From Phoronis australis (Eukaryota; Animalia; Phoronida), in NCBI GenBank assembly GCA_002633005.1, contig NMRA01001238.1, positions 1-36,791 of the forward strand: a stretch of DNA of 36,791 nucleotides, written 5' to 3'. Of this stretch, positions 33,801-36,791 are shown piece after piece. The position numbers and the translations under genes are program-made. How positions within the stretch are numbered: position 1 is the first letter of the stretch; each line of letters opens with the position of its first letter. The notes below the pieces were generated by a model. The model saw nothing but the letters and a program-made list of their open reading frames with translations, did no database searches and was not told the origin of the DNA.

Positions 33801-35021
33801 CGGCCTGACTATCGACACCCTTGTATGCTCAATACATTTTGAAAGCACCTTTGAGAAAGCGACACAAATGGCCAATAATCGACACATTTTCTTGGAACTT
33901 AGACAATTTCGCACATTTACGCAAGGGACAGACCAGCAGCAGCGCTCCGGGTTCGGCACCGCAGGCCCCGCAAGCTGCCGGACTTGACACTCTTGTGGAC
34001 CGCCGTCTGGGGAGTTTTCACAGAGTACCCGGGACACGACTAGGGACTGTATCCCGGCCTGCCGATAGACCCCGTTTTATGCTTACCCCGTGGACCTCCG
34101 TCTGTGGAAACGTATCGGGCTCCAGCGGAGCGCGGCTGCTGGTCTGTCCCCTGCTTAAATGTGCGAAATTTTCTAAGTTCCGAGAAAATGTGTCGATTAT
34201 TGGCCATTCGTGTCGGTTTCAGAAACGTTGCTTTGAAAATATAACAAAGGTAAGCATACAGCGAGGTCTATTGGCAGGCCGGGATACAGTCCCTAGTCGT
34301 GTCCCGGGTACCTGTGAAAACTTCCCAGACGGTGGTCCACAGGGTTCAAGTCCGGCAGCTTGCGGGGTCTGCGGTGCCGAGGCCGGAGCGCGGTTGCTGG
34401 TCTGTCCCCTGCGTAAATGTGCGAATGTCCGAGAAAATGTGTCGATTATTGGCCATTTGTGTCGGTTTTCAGAAACGTTGCTTCGAAAAATTTCCGCCTA
34501 AGTCCAACGAAATGTGTCGATTATTGGCCATTTGTGTCGCTTTTCCCAAGGTGCTTTGAAAATATAACAAAGGTAAGCATACAGCGGGGTCTGATCGGCA
34601 GTCTGGGATACAGCCTCCCTAGTCGTGTCCCGGGTATCTGTGAAAACTCCCCAGACGGCGGTCCACGGTGTCAAGTCCGGCAGCTTGCGGGTTCGGCGGT
34701 GCCGAGACCGGAGCGCTGCAGGCCGGCCTGTCCCTGCGTTGGCGGTTATATATATTTTATGTGGTCTCACAGTATGGCATCTGAAGCGGTGCACACATAA
34801 GGCCTGACCGGCTGCCCTGCGCCCACGTATCCATTAACCCCGGATTGGTGGAGGACACACTGGGAGAAGTTCGCGCCCGCTGTCCCGCTGCCGGAAAGTG
34901 ACGATCCATTCGGTGATTGCAGTTTGAGGATCAGCAAGTTTTTGCGGGTTTTAGTTGTGAAAAACGAAATGTGTCGATTTCACCGTCAATAACCGACACA
35001 TTTTAAAATGCGCGTTTTCAC
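30882..35021. mobile_element. Putative long-TIR/foldback element hosting hAT copy B and a repeat array
   Basis: About 80-90 bp inverted repeat GTGAAAACGCGCATTTTAAAATGTGTCG..GGTGAAATCGACACATTTCGTTT..AAAACCCG at 30882-~30970 and ~34930-35021; no TSD found. Confidence 0.55.
30994..33374 (-). mobile_element. Internally deleted hAT transposon copy B with intact TIRs and 5-bp TSD CAAAA
   Basis: CAGTGGCGGATC / GATCCGCCACTG; CAAAA at 30989-30993 and 33375-33379; transposase remnant in ORF 32065-32292. Confidence 0.85.
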
Positions 35022-36170
35022 ATCACTCTCGGTATAACGTTCATCGACCCCGCTATGCTTACCTTTGTTATATGTTCAAGACTACTTGAGAAACCGACAC
35101 AAATGGCCAATAATCGACACATTTCTCGGGACTTGGAAATTTTTCAACACAACGTTTCTGAAACCGACACAAATGGCCAATAATCGACACATTTTTCGAA
35201 ACTTAGAAAATTTCGCCCCTATACACAGGGGGACAAACCTGCAGCCGCGCTCCGGCCTCGGAAGCGCAGACCAGACCCCGCAAGCTGCCGGACTTGACCG
35301 CGTGGACCGCCGACTAGGGACTTTTCACAGATATTGCCGGGATACGACAAGGGATTGTATACCGGCCATCGACCCCGATACGTTTGCTTTTTGATACATT
35401 TTCAAAACACCTTAGAGAAAGCGACACAAATGGCCAATAATCGACTAATTTCGTAGGACTTAAAATTATTTCAACATAACGTTTGAAACCGACACAAATG
35501 GCCAATAATCGACACATTTCTCGGGACTTGGGCTATTCTGTTTATCGCCGCCGCCTTAGGCCTACGCCTCGACATAATCCCGTAATTGTCACGGAGCGAC
35601 TACAAACAGATTAGTTTTCTGGTACATGCATTCCGCAAGTATGTCGCCGTGGGCCCGAGGAATCTCCATTCATCCCACTCCGCACGCAGGGACCTTGTAC
35701 TTTAATTGGTTCATTAGACCCCGATGTCTCTGTGAACAAACGTTTGATGTTAGATTGAGTAAGAGGTCCCCACTGAGACCGCGCTACTGACTTCGGTGAC
35801 GCTAGGCTATCGTGGCACAGCGTACAGTAAGATATTACATGCAAGGGGAAGGGTCGAGATATGTGTCGTAATATTTTAACTTTGTTGTCTCTAATAGATT
35901 TAATTTTGAAATTCTGTGATTAGAAATCTGCACCCGTCACCGAAAGGTAAGTTTCCTGTGGCAAACTGTACGTCTTGGGTCACAACTAAGATCATTTTCA
36001 TTTGTGTCGATTAGTACGAGGGCCACCTTAGTTTTTTTCGGCGCTAAATGGGACTCAGAAACGTCACATTGAAAAAGTCCTAAGAAATGTGTCGTTTACT
36101 GGCCATTTGTGTCGCTTTCTCAAAGAAGCCTTGAAAACATAACAGAGGTAGGCAAACATAGCGGGGTCGA
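33500..36170. repeat. Complex repeat array with ten copies of a conserved 30-bp core in both orientations
   Basis: CGACACAAATGGCCAATAATCGACACATTT at about 33602+, 33860+, 34186-, 34435-, 34510-, 35095+, 35165+, 35422+, 35490+, 36085-; spacings of ~70 and ~255 bp. Confidence 0.9.
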
Positions 36171-36252
36171 GCGACGGTGACATCCCTCACTTTGTTTGCG
36201 TTCACTCACCCCACCCCCCATGTCTTGACATGATCAGGTAATTGTCCTGTCA

Positions 36253-36591
36253 CATCTGAAAACGGCAGGATAGCGTCATCTCACTAATAGGTGCCTACAT
36301 ACCAAATTTCATGAAAATCCATTCAGGAATTTTGAAGATACAAAGATAAGCGTAAAAAAACTAAAATTGCCACTAGGGGGCACACCGGTAGTCGGATCCG
36401 TCCGAAAGTTGGCACATGCCGTCCCATTCATGAATGGAACATATGTGCCAAATTTCATGAACGTATGTCAAAGGGTTTTGGAGATAGAGCAGCGGACGCC
36501 GGATGCCAGACGCCGGACGGACGCCGCCCGGACGGACGGACAGAGATGACGGCATAATGCGTCCACATATAAATATGTAGGCGCATAAAAA
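36253..36591. mobile_element. Second, truncated copy of the Helentron-type element
   Basis: Highly similar to 23941-24272 including the GACG tract and terminal hairpin; further core-like sequence follows to ~36720. Confidence 0.85.
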
Positions 36592-36791
36592 TGACCCAAT
36601 AATAGCCACCGAGGAGAGGAAATGCAGAATACATCTGAAAATAGGAAGGTGTCGTCATTACCAGACACCTATTTACCACATTTCATGAAAATATGTCAAA
36701 GATATATAGAGGCTAAACTGAAAAAACTATAGTGTGTGCGTGTGTGCGTACAGTTCAGTGCAGTAGGGCACAGTTCAACACAGTACGGTTC

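Noticed and set aside
33600-36114. 30-bp conserved repeat as a CRISPR array, and its 100-226 aa ORFs as genes
   Set aside because: Intervening sequences are themselves repeated, orientation is mixed, and the ORFs are GC-rich repeat translations open in several frames on both strands.

Overview
Eukaryotic, repeat-rich animal genomic DNA; the repeat types suggest a marine invertebrate, but the species cannot be told from the window. There is one convincing host gene: an FKRP/LicD-like type II membrane nucleotidyltransferase with an uninterrupted ORF on the minus strand (11658-13436). The rest is a mosaic of mobile DNA. It includes a Ty3/Gypsy (Mag-like) LTR retrotransposon with near-identical LTRs, TSD, PBS and PPT but a broken pol; a probable solo LTR; a Mutator-like element with a 9-bp TSD; Penelope-like RT remnants with a coding-derived 52-bp minisatellite; two DINE-1/pearl-like non-autonomous Helentrons; and a foldback/satellite array. 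Two observations stand out. First, five elements with CA-starting TIRs are flanked by 5-bp rather than 8-bp target duplications; the largest carries hAT transposase remnants, and a related copy shows the transposase split by an intron. Second, that intron contains a Helentron-type element with a regularly spaced, co-oriented array of CTCF-like motifs. All alignments and family calls were made by eye; no database search was run.
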